The notes beneath the pieces were generated by a model. It ran no database searches. It saw only the letters and a list, made by a program, of their open reading frames with translations, and was not told the origin of the DNA. From Lama guanicoe (taxonomy: Eukaryota), in contig MU054391.1 of assembly GCA_013239625.1 (NCBI GenBank), positions 7,969,095-8,033,094 of the forward strand: DNA of 64,000 bases, read 5' to 3'. Below, in pieces: positions 37,260 through 50,569 of the stretch; position 1 is the stretch's first letter, and every line of letters starts with the position of its first letter. The position numbers and the translations under genes were made by a program.

Positions 37260-37623
37260 TGTCATGGCTTGAAAATTTGGGTCCCTCCAAAATGTACACG
37301 TCGAATCCTAACCCTCAAAGATGATGGTATTAGAAGGTGGGGCCCTCAGGAGATGCTTAGATCATGAAGGTAAAGCCCACACAAATGGGACTAGTACTTT
37401 ATGAAAGAGGTTCCAGAGAGAACCTTACCCCCCTCCACCATGTGAAGACCCAGCAAAAAGGCACCAACTACAATCCAGGAAGACCACCCTCACAAGACAG
37501 CAACCATGCTGACACCTTGACCTTGTACTTCCAGCCTCCACAACTGTGAGCAATAAATTTCTGTTGTTTATAAGCTACTCAGTCCATGGTAATTTGTCCT
37601 AGCAGCCTGAATGAACTAAGGCA
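37260..37623 (+). mobile_element. MaLR solo LTR, MLT1A-like, inserted in a MIR
   Basis: tgtcatggcttgaa; gatggtattagaaggtggggcc; gacaccttgaccttgtacttccagcctcc; aataaatttctgttgtttataagc; flanked by gtaa(t) on both sides. Confidence 0.92.
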
Positions 37624-38292
37624 GTAATCAACATTTAATATGCAAAACCACTTAATGATACTGCTGTCATTATTTCTATTTTGTAGAAAAGGGAACAGTC
37701 TCAATGTATAAAGGGAATCTACCCAAGGCCACAGTGTTAATACAGAACGTGAACATGAGCATTAGCCTTTCTGCTGTGATTCACTGCCTCTTCTTCATTT
37801 TCCCAGTGTCCATCTCCAGTGATTGGTCACTACAACTCCTGGGTGTTGATTTTCAGCTGGTGACAGGGTTAAACCCATCCCCTTGATCTGATTAACTGTC
37901 CCAGTTGATCTGATAACTGGAAGGGTTGACTCAGCTACCCAGGAATGGTCTTGTAAACTTCTCACCTATATTGCCCAGAGTGACACCAGAAAGACCTTGG
38001 TGAACTTTGCTACAAGAGAGCACTTCACAATAAAATGTTTCCTCTTGGAAACCACTAAAGCAAAAGCCAGGTGTAGTCTGATTCAGTATAAATGAGGTGC
38101 AGAGGAAAGACTCCAACCTATCATGGAAAATCAACGCACTTGGGACCAATGCAGCATTGAAATTTGGCAGGTGGTTTGCCTCTCTGGGTCTCATTGTCTC
38201 CAAATGTAAAAAGAGGAAGCTGGATTCCTGAGATGTAAGGAATCTTTCTGGTTTAACATTTTGAGATGTGCTTATCAGTTCCTTTCTTCGTT

Positions 38293-38505
38293 CTGGACCA
38301 GTATCATCCAGCAGAACTTTCTGCAAGAGTGGCTCTGTTCAATACCTGTGCTCTTCAGTACAGTCGCTACTAGCCACACACAACTCTTGAACAGTTGAAA
38401 TGCAGCTCATGCGACTAAGGAACTGAAGTTTTAATAGTTAATTCTGATAAATTAGAACAGCCACATGGGATTAGTGGCTACCATAAGAAACAGCACAATA
38501 ATCTA
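38293..38505. mobile_element. hAT-Charlie MITE, MER3-like
   Basis: tccagcagaactttctgcaagagtgg; gctactagccacac; ttgaaatgcagctcatgcgactaaggaactgaa; agccacatgggattagtggctacc. Confidence 0.85.
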
Positions 38506-38699
38506 GGCAGTTGCTGAGATTTGAGAATATCCTCTGTTCAAGACATTGAGTTTAACACAAGAGTGATAGAAATATGAACAAGAATCCTTTCCCCTCATGA
38601 AGTCGACAACAGATCAATCAAACGTAACCATGTCGGTCAGCACATCCGGTGCTCTTTCCGCTCTCCCTTCACCTCTGCACGCCTTCCAGCAGTCTGACT

Positions 38700-38920
38700 C
38701 AGCACTTACTCTATTCCTCCATCAAGAGTTGCCTGTTCGTCTTTACAAAGCACAGAGTTGTTAATTAATTCATGTGTGTGTCCCTCCACCCGCTAGAGTT
38801 TAACAGGTCTTCATGAGAGTAGGCATTTTGAATGGCTGTATACTGCTATAGGTGTAGCATCTGGAAGAGTACCTGACACTTAGTGGCAGCTTAATAATTT
38901 TGTTAGATTATTTAATTAAT
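38700..38920 (+). mobile_element. L2 3' end
   Basis: cttcatgagagtaggcatttt..ctgctata..agcatctggaagagtacctgacacttagtggcagcttaataattttgtt. Confidence 0.6.
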
Positions 38921-39391
38921 TCAAAACACTTTGCCAAAGATCTCCTCTAGGCGAGGCATCCGTATGAGGCACTAAGGACATGGACATTAGAAAAAGACAC
39001 AAATGGAGCTTAGAGTCTGGTGAGAGATGACATGTAGACAGTTGGTCTTAACTGATGTTTCAAGTGCTATCATAGAGATAAATGGGAGGTGATTTGAAAG
39101 CAGGGGGACAGCTGGCATGTTCTGAGTTTACATACCATATAGGACTTGGACTATTTCTTTACAGGGACTTTTCTTCTAGGTAGTAGGCCTGTTGAGAGCC
39201 AAGACCATCTTTAGTCTTCTTTGTGAGCCCAGCAGCTGGCACAGTGTCTGCCACGGGACAGGGTGATTGATATTTGTTTTTGAATGATTATGAAATGATG
39301 TAATTAAAAAGTGGTTACCCACGGACACTAAGGGTATGGAGAAGTTATACAAAACTTTAGAAGAATAACACATTACTTTTGGCTGGAGGAA

Positions 39392-40146
39392 TATAGTGGA
39401 TTGAATGGTGGCCTCCAAAATGATGTATGCATTCTAGTCTCTGGATACTGTGAATATTACCTTCTATAGTAAAAGGGTAAATGTTACCTTATTTGGAAAT
39501 AGGGTCTTTGCAGATGTAATTAACTTAAGAATCTTCCAAGGAGGAGCTTATTGTGGATTAACCAGGTGGGCTCTGAATCCAAACACTTGTATTTTTACAG
39601 GATAGAAACATAGAGGGAGAGATAACATAGAAGAGAAAGAGGCAGAGGCTGGAAGCATGAGGCCAGGTGGTGGCTAACTTCATGTGTCAATTTGGCCGGA
39701 CCACAGTTTTCAGATTCTGATCAAATATTATTGTTGATGTTTCTGTGAGGGTGGTTTTTTTGTTTTTGGTTTTTTGTTTTGTTTTTTTTTTTGTGGATGA
39801 GATTAACATTTAAATCAGTGGACTTTAAGTAAAGCAGATTGCCCTCCATAATATGGGTGGGCTTCATCCAATCAGCTGAAGATCTGAATAGAACAAGGAC
39901 TGACTTCTCCTGAACAAGAAGGAATTCTGCCAACAGGTGGCCTTTGGATTCAAGCTGCAACATTAGCTCTCCTGGGTCTCTAGCCTGGATATCTCCCTGC
40001 AGATTTTAGACTTGCCAGTCTCCTTAATCACATGAGCCAATGACTTAAAAGAAATTTCTCTATTTGCATGTATCCCTCTCTTTCTCTCTGTATGTACAGA
40101 TATAAATAATAGATATGTACACAGAGATACATAGATATAGATTTAT

Positions 40147-40183
<37 letters not shown>

Positions 40184-40446
40184 AATGGAGAGATTGAAAG
40201 ACTCCATCCTACTGGTGCTGTTTCTCTGAAAAACCCTGCTGATACAGGCAACAAGGCAGGGAACACTGACAGCCACCGGAAGCTGGAAGAGGCAAGGAAT
40301 GGACTCTTCCCTAGATGCTCTGGAGACAGTCCAGCTCTGCTGAGACTTTGATTTCAGTCTTCTTGCCTCTAGAACTGTGACAAAATAAATTTCTGAAGTT
40401 TGAAGTTTGTACTAATTCATTACAGCAACGACAGGGCGTGAATACA
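39392..40446 (+). mobile_element. MaLR LTR, MLT1C-like, split by MLT2D
   Basis: tagtggattgaatggtggcctccaaaa; ttaccttatttggaaatagggtctttgcagatgtaatta; resumes cagccaccggaagctggaagaggcaaggaatgga...gaataca. Confidence 0.9.
39666..40246 (+). mobile_element. ERVL LTR, MLT2D-like, nested in MLT1C, with internal (GA)n
   Basis: gtggtggctaacttcatgtgtcaatttgg; atgagattaacatttaaatcagtggactt; end ctgtttctctgaaaaaccctgctgataca; TSD ggcca/ggcaa. Confidence 0.92.
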
Positions 40447-40449
40447 GCG

Positions 40450-40930
40450 GGCTGGGGGATGAACAAGATACATAAATAGCATCTGAACCCTACTTTGGAG
40501 ACGGGGGGCATTCGTACAGGAGCACATACATGTAAGATGGAGCAAAGTGATCAAAGGAGAGCAGACGGCGTGTGCAAAGGTTGAGCAGAGAGAAAAACAT
40601 AGGACTCTGGTGGGGTGACAGTGAGTCGTTTACAGGTACAAAGTCTATGAAGACAGAGTGGAAGAAGGTTTGGAAAAGAAGTTTTGGAAGCATGGTCATG
40701 AGAACCGAATGTGTGTCAAATATTTACACGTTGTGTATTGTCTTTTATTTTGATACCATGGAAATCTATTGGATATTTTTAGCACAGAAGAGATATGTTT
40801 AGAATCATCTCTTACGGGCTTGATTCAGTTGTGTACTAAATTGGGGGATGAGGCAGTATCTGGTGGGAGGAAAGTCCAGGGCTTCTAACAACCGTGCAGG
40901 ACAGGACAGAGGCCATGAGGACCCGCGTGG
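40450..40930 (-). mobile_element. L2 fragment
   Basis: gtgtgcaaaggttg; ccatggaaatctattggatatttttagcacagaagagatatg; aggacagaggccatgagg. Confidence 0.55.
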
Positions 40931-41249
40931 TGATGTCACTCTCCTGTATCTACGTGTGATGATACTGTCAACACTGCCTGGGCATTTCCTCCTATTTCAA
41001 AAGAGTGATTTTAAGAGACCAGTAAGTCATTCTTACAACTGTTTAGAGCCTTACGTTTCCATATATGTTTCCCCCTGCTGTGCTCGTGTCTTTGAGTAGA
41101 ACGTGCATCTGCCCTTCTTTTATAGTTGGAAACACTTGGACAGTTAGCAGCTAGTTATAATCTTCAAGATCACATATTATACGTCAGAGTGAAATTGAAT
41201 CCCAGACTCAGGCTTCGTGCCTTTTCTTTTTTGGGTGAAACACTAATAA

Positions 41250-41490
41250 AGATATACTGGTTATCATTTACTGAGCTTGAAGTTTATCCTATAACCCTGA
41301 TATGGTGCTCAAGAATTTGCATATATTAGTGTAGTTTAATACTCCAAACATATACACAGTAAGTATGAACAAACATTAATTGTATTTTACAAATGAAGGG
41401 ACCAAAGTTAAGAAGTAAGTTAACTTATCCAAGGTCATAGAGCAGGCATGTGGCAAACATAGGATACAAACACAAATTATCTGGGGTTAA
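41250..41490 (-). mobile_element. MIR SINE
   Basis: catttactgagc; attttacaaatgaagggacc; taacttatccaaggtcatagagcagg. Confidence 0.75.
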
Positions 41491-42564
41491 ATGATGCTTC
41501 TCTAACCTAAGAGAGTGAATTCCTGATTGTATGTGTTGGCCAGATTTAAAAAAATGAGCAAGTCAGAGTTTTCAGAAGTTAGTAGGCTCTATATTGCTGG
41601 TTTAGAATTGGAAACATACATCTTCAGAAAGCCCCTGGATTCCACAGAGAATTGATTTTATGCAGTTTTGGGCAGCAGCTCAGCAATGAGAAAGAACATC
41701 GTGGAACACCATGCAGACCTTTTATCTGGCACTTGCCTCTTACACTTGTTCCAATTTATCTCACCACTTATCAGCAAACACTGGAGATGAGAGAGCATAA
41801 TGTCTCTTTTGAAATAATTACCTGACCCTGTTATCTTAAAAGACCTGTAGGCTGCTGGGTATTTTTCTGAGTGGGGTGGGTGGGAAAATCAGCCTCTACA
41901 TCACTAGATGCTACCCTGCTGGCAATAATGAGACCGAAGCAACGACCCTTATTCCTCTGCTGAAATGTTAGTTGTGCCAAGAAATTAACTTGAAACTTCA
42001 AGCTTTTTCCCTAATAACAGTTATGGGAGCTCTGGGGTCATCAGGTGGGTGACCTGGAAGTGGATCCCATGTTTTTAATGAGCCGCAGATCATGGGAAAA
42101 AGTATCCAATTCTTTCTCCAGCTGAAAACCAATGTAAGGTTAGAGTCAACATCTTCCATGTTCCTATAAAGTGGACATGGGTCTCAACTGGGAGAGGGAG
42201 TGAGTGGGCTGGAGAGAGGTGATGGCCAGAATGATCTGAGGGACGTTTTCAAAAGACACATGAGACTATATACTACCCTCCCACCCGTCTCCCCTCCTTC
42301 ACAACCCCCGCCCACTAGAGAAGTTCCTAGTTCCTCCAAGGAAAAGGCCCACCTATGTAACCGTGTGTATTTACCATGTACATTTTCACAAACAACACTA
42401 TTTGAATTTATATTCTCCTGCATGCTTCATATGAAAAATTACCAAGCCAGAGCAAAGACTTAACCTTTGGAGCCAGGAGAAAAAACAAAAAAACCCCAAA
42501 GAATTCAATTTCTTCTCTTCCCCCTCCTCGTCCTTCCTCCCCCTCCTCCTTTTTTGTTTTCACT

Positions 42565-42940
42565 TATTTTTTTCACTTTTTAATTTTGAAGTAATCATAG
42601 TCATAGGAAGTTGCAAAAGCAATGGAGTGGACTTGCACTTGGTTTCTCCTCGTGGCAGCATCTTGTAAGACACAGAATGATATCAAAGCCAGAAAGTTGG
42701 GAAATTGACGTTGATCAATGTGTCTCCTTTTTCAGGTTCCACCAGTGTTGTAGGAACTGATTTGCAAGGGCACTGATTTGCAAAGTTCTACGCCAACTTA
42801 TCACACATGCAGATTTCTGTAATTACAACAATCAAGATACAAAACTGTTCTATCGCCACCAAAATATCTGTCTCCTGTCTCTTTCTGTTCACACCCAACC
42901 ATCCCCTCCACCAGTCTCTAACTTCTGGCAGCCAGTGCTC
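42565..42940 (-). mobile_element. Old L1 3' end (L1MC/L1MD-like)
   Basis: ttttgaagtaatcatagtcataggaagttgcaaaa; acaatcaagatacaaaactgttctatcgccacc; ctaacttctggcagccagtg. Confidence 0.8.
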
Positions 42941-43277
42941 TGGAGTGACGTAAGCCTCCTTGATGTTTTAAAAGCAGGACATAAAAGGTGGTTTCTAGTC
43001 CTCCCAGTGTTTTGTTAAGACACTTGGAAGCTATGTTATGTTATGTTTGGGAAGTTGAAATCCATGTTTCCTGCCACTGATTCCTGGGGTAATCATCTTG
43101 TAATTCTTAAACCATTTTTCAGATAGGGACAGGGAGACCCCAAACCCTGGCCTGTGTTATGTTGTTTGAAGACAGAAAACTGGCCTGTTACGTGATAAAA
43201 CTGCACAGGAACTGTGACAGTTTTGAGCAACAGGAATTCTGTTTTCACCTGAAGCTCTGCGCAGGCCGTCATGGTCC

Positions 43278-43790
43278 CTTTTTAAAGTGATGACATATTT
43301 CAAACATAGGAAAGTACGGAAAATAATATAACAGGCGCCCGTTTGCCCACAGGGTCACCATGAACTTACGTCTGTATGTGAAGCAGAAAAAGACTTGCTT
43401 TCTTTCAGTCAGAAGCAACCCTGCAGCAGGGGACAGGGCTTGGCACGTCGTGCCCGGCCTTGGCCAGCTGAGCTCGCTCGCCATCCACAGCCGCGGCTGG
43501 AGGCGGCCGCGGCTGAAATTAGACAGCGTTGCCATGTTTGCTCCAGAATTTGTTTTTGGTGCCCAAACCTGAGAAGTGTGGCTGCAGCCTGACTGTCCCA
43601 TTCCATACCTCCTCCCTTCCTCGTCCTCACAGGTAACCACTGTCTTCAGATTTGCCAGGCATCCATTTCATAAAATAATATGGCTCTTGGCCTCCCTCTC
43701 AGTTTAAGCTTCATACAAATTATCTCATGCCACGTATTTTTCAACCACACTGTAACCACTTCCTTCACTGGTACTACCTGTTACGGAATT
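43278..43790 (-). mobile_element. Old L1 3' end (L1ME-like)
   Basis: atatttcaaacataggaaagtacggaaaataatataaca; ttgccatgtttgctccaga; cacaggtaaccactgtc. Confidence 0.6.
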
Positions 43791-44029
43791 CATTAAGATA
43801 CAGAGAAGCTAAGTGAATAGTAACAGTGGTGGCAGAGCATTACAGCAGTAAGAAGAATAATAGTTAACAGTCACACGTTCCGTGTTGTGTGCGGGGTGCG
43901 GCTCTGAGCCCTTACGCATGTTAGTGCACACAACCTTGCCTTTCTGGTGATTTGGAGAGTCTGTCTCATGTCTAAGTGTGTCTATGTGTCTATGTGCATG
44001 TGTCTATATATACGAGCATGCTTCTAGAT

Positions 44030-45165
44030 TTAATTCAATGTCCACTTCTGAGTGCTGTTTTAGTCCAAGAATACATGTTATTTCATCACTTCGGAAACGT
44101 CTCCAGCTGTCAGCTCTTCAAACATTGCTTCCCCGCCATCCTTTCCATTGCCTTCTGGTTGTAGATGAACACTGGACCTCATTCCATCCTCATTTAAGGA
44201 CCCTTTATATTTACCATGTCCTTGTTATTCCCTGCTTTTTTCTGGAAATGTTCATCAAATAGATTTCTCATGACACTAATTCCTTATTCCCGTGAGTCCA
44301 ATCTGTTTCCTCTGTCCAGGGAATTTTTAACTTCAAGGACAATCTTTTTTATTTCCAAAAATTCTATTCTTCTCCCTGTCAAATCTGTTTTGTTTTGTTT
44401 TGTTTTCAAATAGCTTTTCTTTTTCTTTCCTTTTCTTACTGAGCTGATTATTTTTTTTCATTTTGTCTTTAGTCATTTGTCTTTCAGATTTTTGTTTTAT
44501 TGACTAAGGTCATTAGGCTATAGCGATCCTCATGGAGTGTCTGCTTCCTTCTGCTCAGGACGGCTGCTTTCCTCATGCACTTTGTAATTTTTGATTGTGA
44601 GCTCAACTGAGAGGGCCTCTGCCCCACCCAGCTCCCCACTCCTGTGTCCCATGGGAAATCCTATGTGGCCTGTGTCTTCGAAGTGTCTCCAAAGCCATTC
44701 ATATTTAGTTCTGCCTGGTGGCTTGGGTGATATAAATTTAGATTCAAACTCGTGTGAAGTGCTGGCAGAGACAGATAAGCTTTCCTGCTGGCTTACGGGG
44801 CAGAGGGGAGGTTTATTTTCTGACTCCCCTTTCACTGCTGGTGCTGTATCTAGGGAGATTAGTGGTGGTTTCATTTGCAACTCCTGGCTTATTTGGGCCC
44901 CAGATCTCACCTCCAGGCTTCATCTGAGTGTTAATACTCCAGATCCTATGTTTCTGGGTTTAGCAAACCCACCAAGGTTGGCTGCCTCACATGTTCACAT
45001 GCTTCAACTTCTAGTTTTCAAGCCTTTATTAATTCAAGGAGTCAAGGATATATGTTATCCTTCTGTTATTTTTTCTTAAGATTTTAGTGAGAAAAGATGA
45101 TTCTTTCTCTTTCCTTTTTTTTTTCTTTTCCTTTTTGCATTATCTGCCATCTTATTGGAACTGGG
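44030..45165 (-). mobile_element. Old L1/HAL1 5' end and ORF1
   Basis: T-rich antisense ORF1 (ggaaacgtctccagc..tcttcaaacattgcttc; tttttatttccaaaaattctatt); terminus tctgccatcttattggaac, i.e. AAGATGGC L1 5' motif on the minus strand. Confidence 0.7.
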
Positions 45166-45707
45166 ATTCTTAAAACAGGTAAACAGGTTTAAAAGCTTTC
45201 TGTTGCCTTAGTACATAGTTAGAAAAAATGCAGCTGTCAAGGAGAATTTGTACAGGTGACATTCAGGTTGGGGACAGAATTACAACTTCACATTGCTGTC
45301 TTCCATGTTAATAAGTAAAACAGGCAGCCAGCATTTTATAGGGTCACTTTGAGTAAGAAATGTCTCTATGGAAATAACTTTTGGGGTAGAATTTTTATCT
45401 TGAACAGAATTATAAACAAATACTAGGAGCATTTGAGATTAGTAGAAAGTCAGTGAAGTGCAAAGCAGAATGCTATAAAAATAACAGCCAGGAGCTTGGC
45501 AATTATGGGCAATTTAGGAAAGAAGTGTCCAGGCTAGAAAGCTGTGCAGCAAGGCCATGGAAAGGTGCTTCTCTTGGCCATGCTGGCTAATGAGTCTCAG
45601 CTGTAAAACACTGCTGTTTGGGAGTCTGTCTGTGTGTGTAGATAATCTCTCCCCGCCAAAAACTCATTTTTTATATAGCATGGACTCTACTCTTAACAAA
45701 GACTTTT

Positions 45708-46309
45708 AAGAACAACGTTCACAGCAGCACTATTTACAATAACCAAGACATGCTTACAACCCAAATGTCCATCAACAAATGACTGGGTAAAGAAGATGTG
45801 GTATATTTATACAATGGAATACTACTCAGCCATAAAAAAGAATAAAATAATACCATTTGCAGCAACGTGGATGGACCTGGAGATCATCATTCTAAGTGAA
45901 ATAAGCCAGAAAGAGAAAGAAAAATGTCTTATGGTATCAGTCATATGTGGAATCTAAATAAAAAGGACACAAATGAACTACTTAATGTTTATAACTTAGA
46001 TAATTGATTTCTTGAATACGTGTAGTAAGCACATTTGACTGTCCTTTATAATTGGATTACTGCAATCTGTTGACTCTTATTTTGTGGTTGGCTTTATTCC
46101 TTTGATAAATAATAATGTTATGTTTAAAAAACTAAAGCTCTAAACTGTTCTTGGAAACAATGAACAGTACATATATGTAAATTAAAAGATGTGCAGTAAC
46201 TTGTATATATGTATTAACATGCAATGAGTTAATATGTGCAGTCAAATTATATCAATTTTACCTAATACAACTGAAAAATGAAAAAAAGGGAAAACAAAAA
46301 ACAAAAAAA
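45708..46309 (+). mobile_element. Young 5'-truncated L1 (ORF2 C-terminus, 3'UTR, A tail) with 10-bp TSD
   Basis: 45718-45957 reads FTAALFTITKTCLQPKCPSTNDWVKKMWYIYTMEYYSAIKKNKIIPFAATWMDLEIIILSEISQKEKEKCLMVSVICGI*; TSD AAAGACTTTT at 45698-45707 and 46310-46319. Confidence 0.95.
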
Positions 46310-46502
46310 AAAGACTTTTGATTTCTTTTTACATTGCAAATGAGAAAAAGCCCCTACAATATTCTTAAAAAGGGAATCTAGACCAGGGAGACCCTGATCT
46401 GCCAAGACCATCAACATCTACTTTCTGGGGCTGAACTAATCAGTTAAGAAATCCACTTCCTGAATACTTTCCATAAAAGAAAAAACAGCAGTTTCACCTG
46501 GG

Positions 46503-47080
46503 TGTAGTATTTTTCTGCTGCAGCTGTAACAAATTACTGCGAAGTTAGTAGCTTAAAACAAAACAAATTTGTTCTCTTGCAGTTTTGCAGATCAGGAGGG
46601 CTACACAGGATTCAGGGGCTAAAACCAAGGTGTCTGCAGAGCCGCATGCCTTCCTGGAAGCTCTGGAGGGGAATTCTGGCTTCTCTAGGTTGCTGGCAGA
46701 TGTCGGTTCTCCCGGGTTCTTGGCTGTCAGTGGAGCGTGGGTCGCAATTTCTAGAACCACCTGCCTGGCCCATGGCTCCCTTCCTCCAGCTTCAAAGCGA
46801 GTAGGAGTGACAACCTGGTCCCTCCCCCACTTTGCACCCCTCTCGTCTCTCCTCGGATGTGGCCTCTCTCTTTGCTGACCCTTCTGCCTCCCTCTTGCAC
46901 TTAAAGAGCCCGTGTGATTAGATGGGGCCCACCTGGATAATCCAGGAACACATCCCTGTTTTAAACTCTGTAACTTTAATTCCCTTTGGGAAATTCCTTT
47001 ATCATGTAATGTATCATACTTAAAGGCTCCGGGGATTAGGCTCTGGGCATTGTGGGAGCCCGTTATTCTGCCTGGTAACA
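46503..47080 (-). mobile_element. MaLR solo LTR, MLT1D/E-like
   Basis: gctgtaacaaattac..gcttaaaacaa; ctaaaaccaaggtgtctgcag; gggcccacctggataatccagga; end ttattctgcctggtaaca. Confidence 0.9.
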
Positions 47081-47564
47081 GTCTAGTGCATGGACGTGCC
47101 ACAAAGCAGAGCATCAATTGCACCAGTAATTTATCAAGAGAAATCTAATCCGGTTTGTAAGCTCTTAGTTTCTAACTGTTCACCTGGGATCCACTAATCT
47201 TCCTCTAATTCATCACATTCTAATGGTACATATTTTATAGAAATATCTGCACATCACACTCCAGGAGGGTAAGAAACAAGGAGATAAAAATGAAGAAGAG
47301 CATGTAGTCTGGAAGTGAAAGAGGAAAGCTTGGTGGGCTGGTCACACTGCTGCTCAGAGATGCATTCCCTGAACTGGCACGATTCACTCCAGTGAAGGAA
47401 ACATGACTTATTATGGATCAAATAGGGTCATTCCACGGAAAAGACTGGGGAGGGGAAAAGGGAGAGAAAGTGAGCGCACCAGCAGGAAGACTCCAAATTT
47501 CTGGATTTAGTTGATTCCCAGGCGAATTTCAACCCTACCTTTCCATGGAATGATTAAATGGACC

Positions 47565-47757
47565 TATTTATCTGTCTATGTACTATCTTCAGTCCAACTA
47601 CCTTATCCATCTATCTATCTATTCATCTATCATTCCATTCATCCACCCATCTGTCCATCCATCCGTCCATCTGTCCATCCATCCATCCATCTTTGTATCT
47701 CTCTATGTATCATCCATCCAACCTTCCACTCATCCACCCATCTATCTTCCATCATTC
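47565..47757. repeat. Degenerate (TCCA/TCTA)n simple repeat
   Basis: ccatccatccgtccatctgtccatccatccatccat etc. Confidence 0.9.
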
Positions 47758-48219
47758 ACGTTTGATTTGGTGGGTTGTTTGAACACAGGGGATTCTGACT
47801 AATAATACACAGATCATTTGTTTGAACCCTTGTATTTTACAGGTGGGGAAACCAAACTTCAGAGGGGAAAGGGGATTTGAGCACGTTTTTCTCCAACATT
47901 AGGGAATCCATTCCTGCTGTCCAAGAAGAGTCACCATGTTTTTCCTGATTATCTCCACCCCTGCCTGGGCATTCAACACCCCCTTTAACATTTTAATCTT
48001 ACTTTCCCATGTTGATGGATTTCCCTTGGGAGGAAAAAAATGATTGCAAAGACGCTCTTTGCCTTCTAGGGATTTTTGCTTTTGAATTTTAAATGTCAAA
48101 GTGTTATTTGGTTCTGCAGTCAGAGACCAGGAAGGGTCCTGCACAGTGACGGGCTGGTGGAGCCACTTTGAAGAGCAGAGTGGCACCCACACGTCCCTGC
48201 TGGGTGAAAAGAAGTCAGC

Positions 48220-48430
48220 GTGAGAAAGAAGGGCTTGAGGGAGTCGCCACAGCTCTGCTGACCACCGGCTGCATGAGCTTGAGGGAACTCTTTAACTTTT
48301 CTCATTTTCAGTCTCCACATAAGGAGAAGGGCAATGAGAACCAAATTTATTTTGTGAAGTTGTCATGGGACTACGAATGTTGTGCCTGACATAGTGTTTG
48401 CTGCATATTAAGAACTGAATAAATGGGCAT
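48220..48430 (+). mobile_element. MIR SINE
   Basis: cagctctgctgaccaccggctgcatgagcttgagggaactctttaacttttctcattttcagtctccacat; gtgcctgacatagt. Confidence 0.65.
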
Positions 48431-50569
48431 TATGATTGGAATTCAATAGTAAAGAGATGTTTGGAGGAAAGATAACTTTACTAAAGAAGAGATGCTATTA
48501 AAATCATGTCTTGGAAAAAAGGACATAAAACCTAGCTATGCTGTCTCACCTACTGCCTGAGGAGTCCCGCCAGATTCATTTTTAAAGGAAATGTACTGGA
48601 AATACATTGAAAACTTTTGAAGGCACCTGCTGATTTTGTTTCTTTTGACTACTTAATTTGCAAGCACTCTACAGGCTGTTTCTAAACTTCCTTATGATAG
48701 AGTTTACTCCCTCTGCATCCCCTAATCTGCCGGTTAGGTTAGGATTGAGGGGTTTTCTGATCTCCCCTATACACCATTTGATTGGAATCACCAAAGGACA
48801 CTGAGGATTATCATGATATGTCAGTTTTGAAGCTAGCCTTTTCCACTGGAGCACAGAATTTTTGGAAGTACCACAAAATTAATACTCAGATACATATGCC
48901 TTAAAGGAAAATAATTTTAAAATTAGAAAAAAAATACTGATCCACTTGCCAAAAGACATTGTAAACCAGTGACAAGGGAAGGCATTTTGTTGGATGCTCT
49001 GATCAGTTCATTTAGATTCAGAATCCCTGGTCATGAATGGAGACTCTCCTTTCCAGTACCGTCTATGCTCCTCTCTTAGACTTTCATAAACTCCCCAAAT
49101 GGGTGATGCAGAAGGTGAAAATAGAAGCATTAAAGAAATGTGTTTTATTTTGCTTAACCCATCCCTTCCTAACTTTGGGGGACCATTTGCAGCATGTAAT
49201 ACATTTTAACATCCTCCAGAGAAACAGTTTCGTGGAACACTCTTTGGAAGAGTCCAGGCTGGACAGGAATCATCTGACTAAGCGTATTTTAGAGTTAAAA
49301 GTAGTAGAATACTGTTAACCAAATTATATGAGAAACATAAACCACATGGAGGATAAGGTAAAGCCCATTACAGGAAAACAAAGAGCATGTTTACTTCGGG
49401 GTCGTAGGAACAGACACAAGATAAACACCTGAAAATGTCCTGGGCTGGTGACCTTGTCTGCCTTTTTGCATTGATGGCCTATGTGGGGGGTGGGGGCATT
49501 ACTGTGATTCTGTGAAAAGCCAAAATTATAGACCATCATTAATGTAACGTAATTGTATTACTTAAACTCCGTGGTAATCAGAGTGCAAATAACAGCAATA
49601 TTGGGGAAACACTTTTCCCCTAAGCTAAACAAGAATAAAATGTAATACCCTGAATTCTGGGGAAATTGTAGCAGAATGTGGCGCATCTGTTGCCGGTGGT
49701 GCTGCACATCGCTTCAACTGTGCTGGGAAGTGGGGGAGCGAGGACAGGGGAGATAAAAATGCACATTAAACTCTGCTCACTGTGCATAGATACAATACTT
49801 CAAGAAAATATTCAAAGAAAAATAGTAGGCAGATAAAGATACTTCTTCCTTTGAGAATTGGTTTGAGTCCAGTTTCTTTCACTCGACCCCCTGAAAATAT
49901 AAATTCATCCTTTTTTTTTTTATTTCCTGAGACTATTTGCCAAATGGCAAAAATTGAAAGTCAGGGAAGAGTTAACACATCTATTTCTCAGTTTTGAAGC
50001 CACAATGCGATTACATGAAATCATGAAAATTGTTTTATAAATATGGAAGTGCTGAGTATTGACAGCAGAAAAAACATCTCCATTTTGATTGTAAGCTGAA
50101 GAAGGGAAAGACAGGAATTTGGGAAAAGGAAATGTGTCACAGTTCGAGGTTTTAAGATTTAGTTATTTTAAAGTTTCCTTTAATAGCCTTTGTTATTATT
50201 TTTATACAAAATGTTAACAATAAAAGTGCAACTTGGGTGTAAATTTAACTATATAAACTGAAGAGCTAAATATTAATTGGTGTCTATATATTCTGAGTGG
50301 TTAAAATTTTCACTGATGCAACAAGACTTGCAGAGAGGTCGTCTGAAGAATTTATAGTTTGAGAGGGTATTAGCTCATGTGCTCTAACTTTCATAAAGTC
50401 TTTATGTCCATGGAAAGGATTCATAGTGAAAAACAGTATGATAAAGTTCTTATTGGCATGGAGTGTAGCATAAACCATAACGTGGGCTGCTGAGGGAAAC
50501 CTCAGTTCTTACTTTCACCTTGTTACTTACTATCAGTTTGGCCATGTAACTTCCTCCCTCCTTCCTTTC

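Noticed and set aside
46545..47123. 192-aa ORF
   Set aside because: Almost entirely inside an MLT1 LTR.
49670..49712. Possible pre-miRNA hairpin (atgtg...cacat)
   Set aside because: Stem is short and poorly paired.
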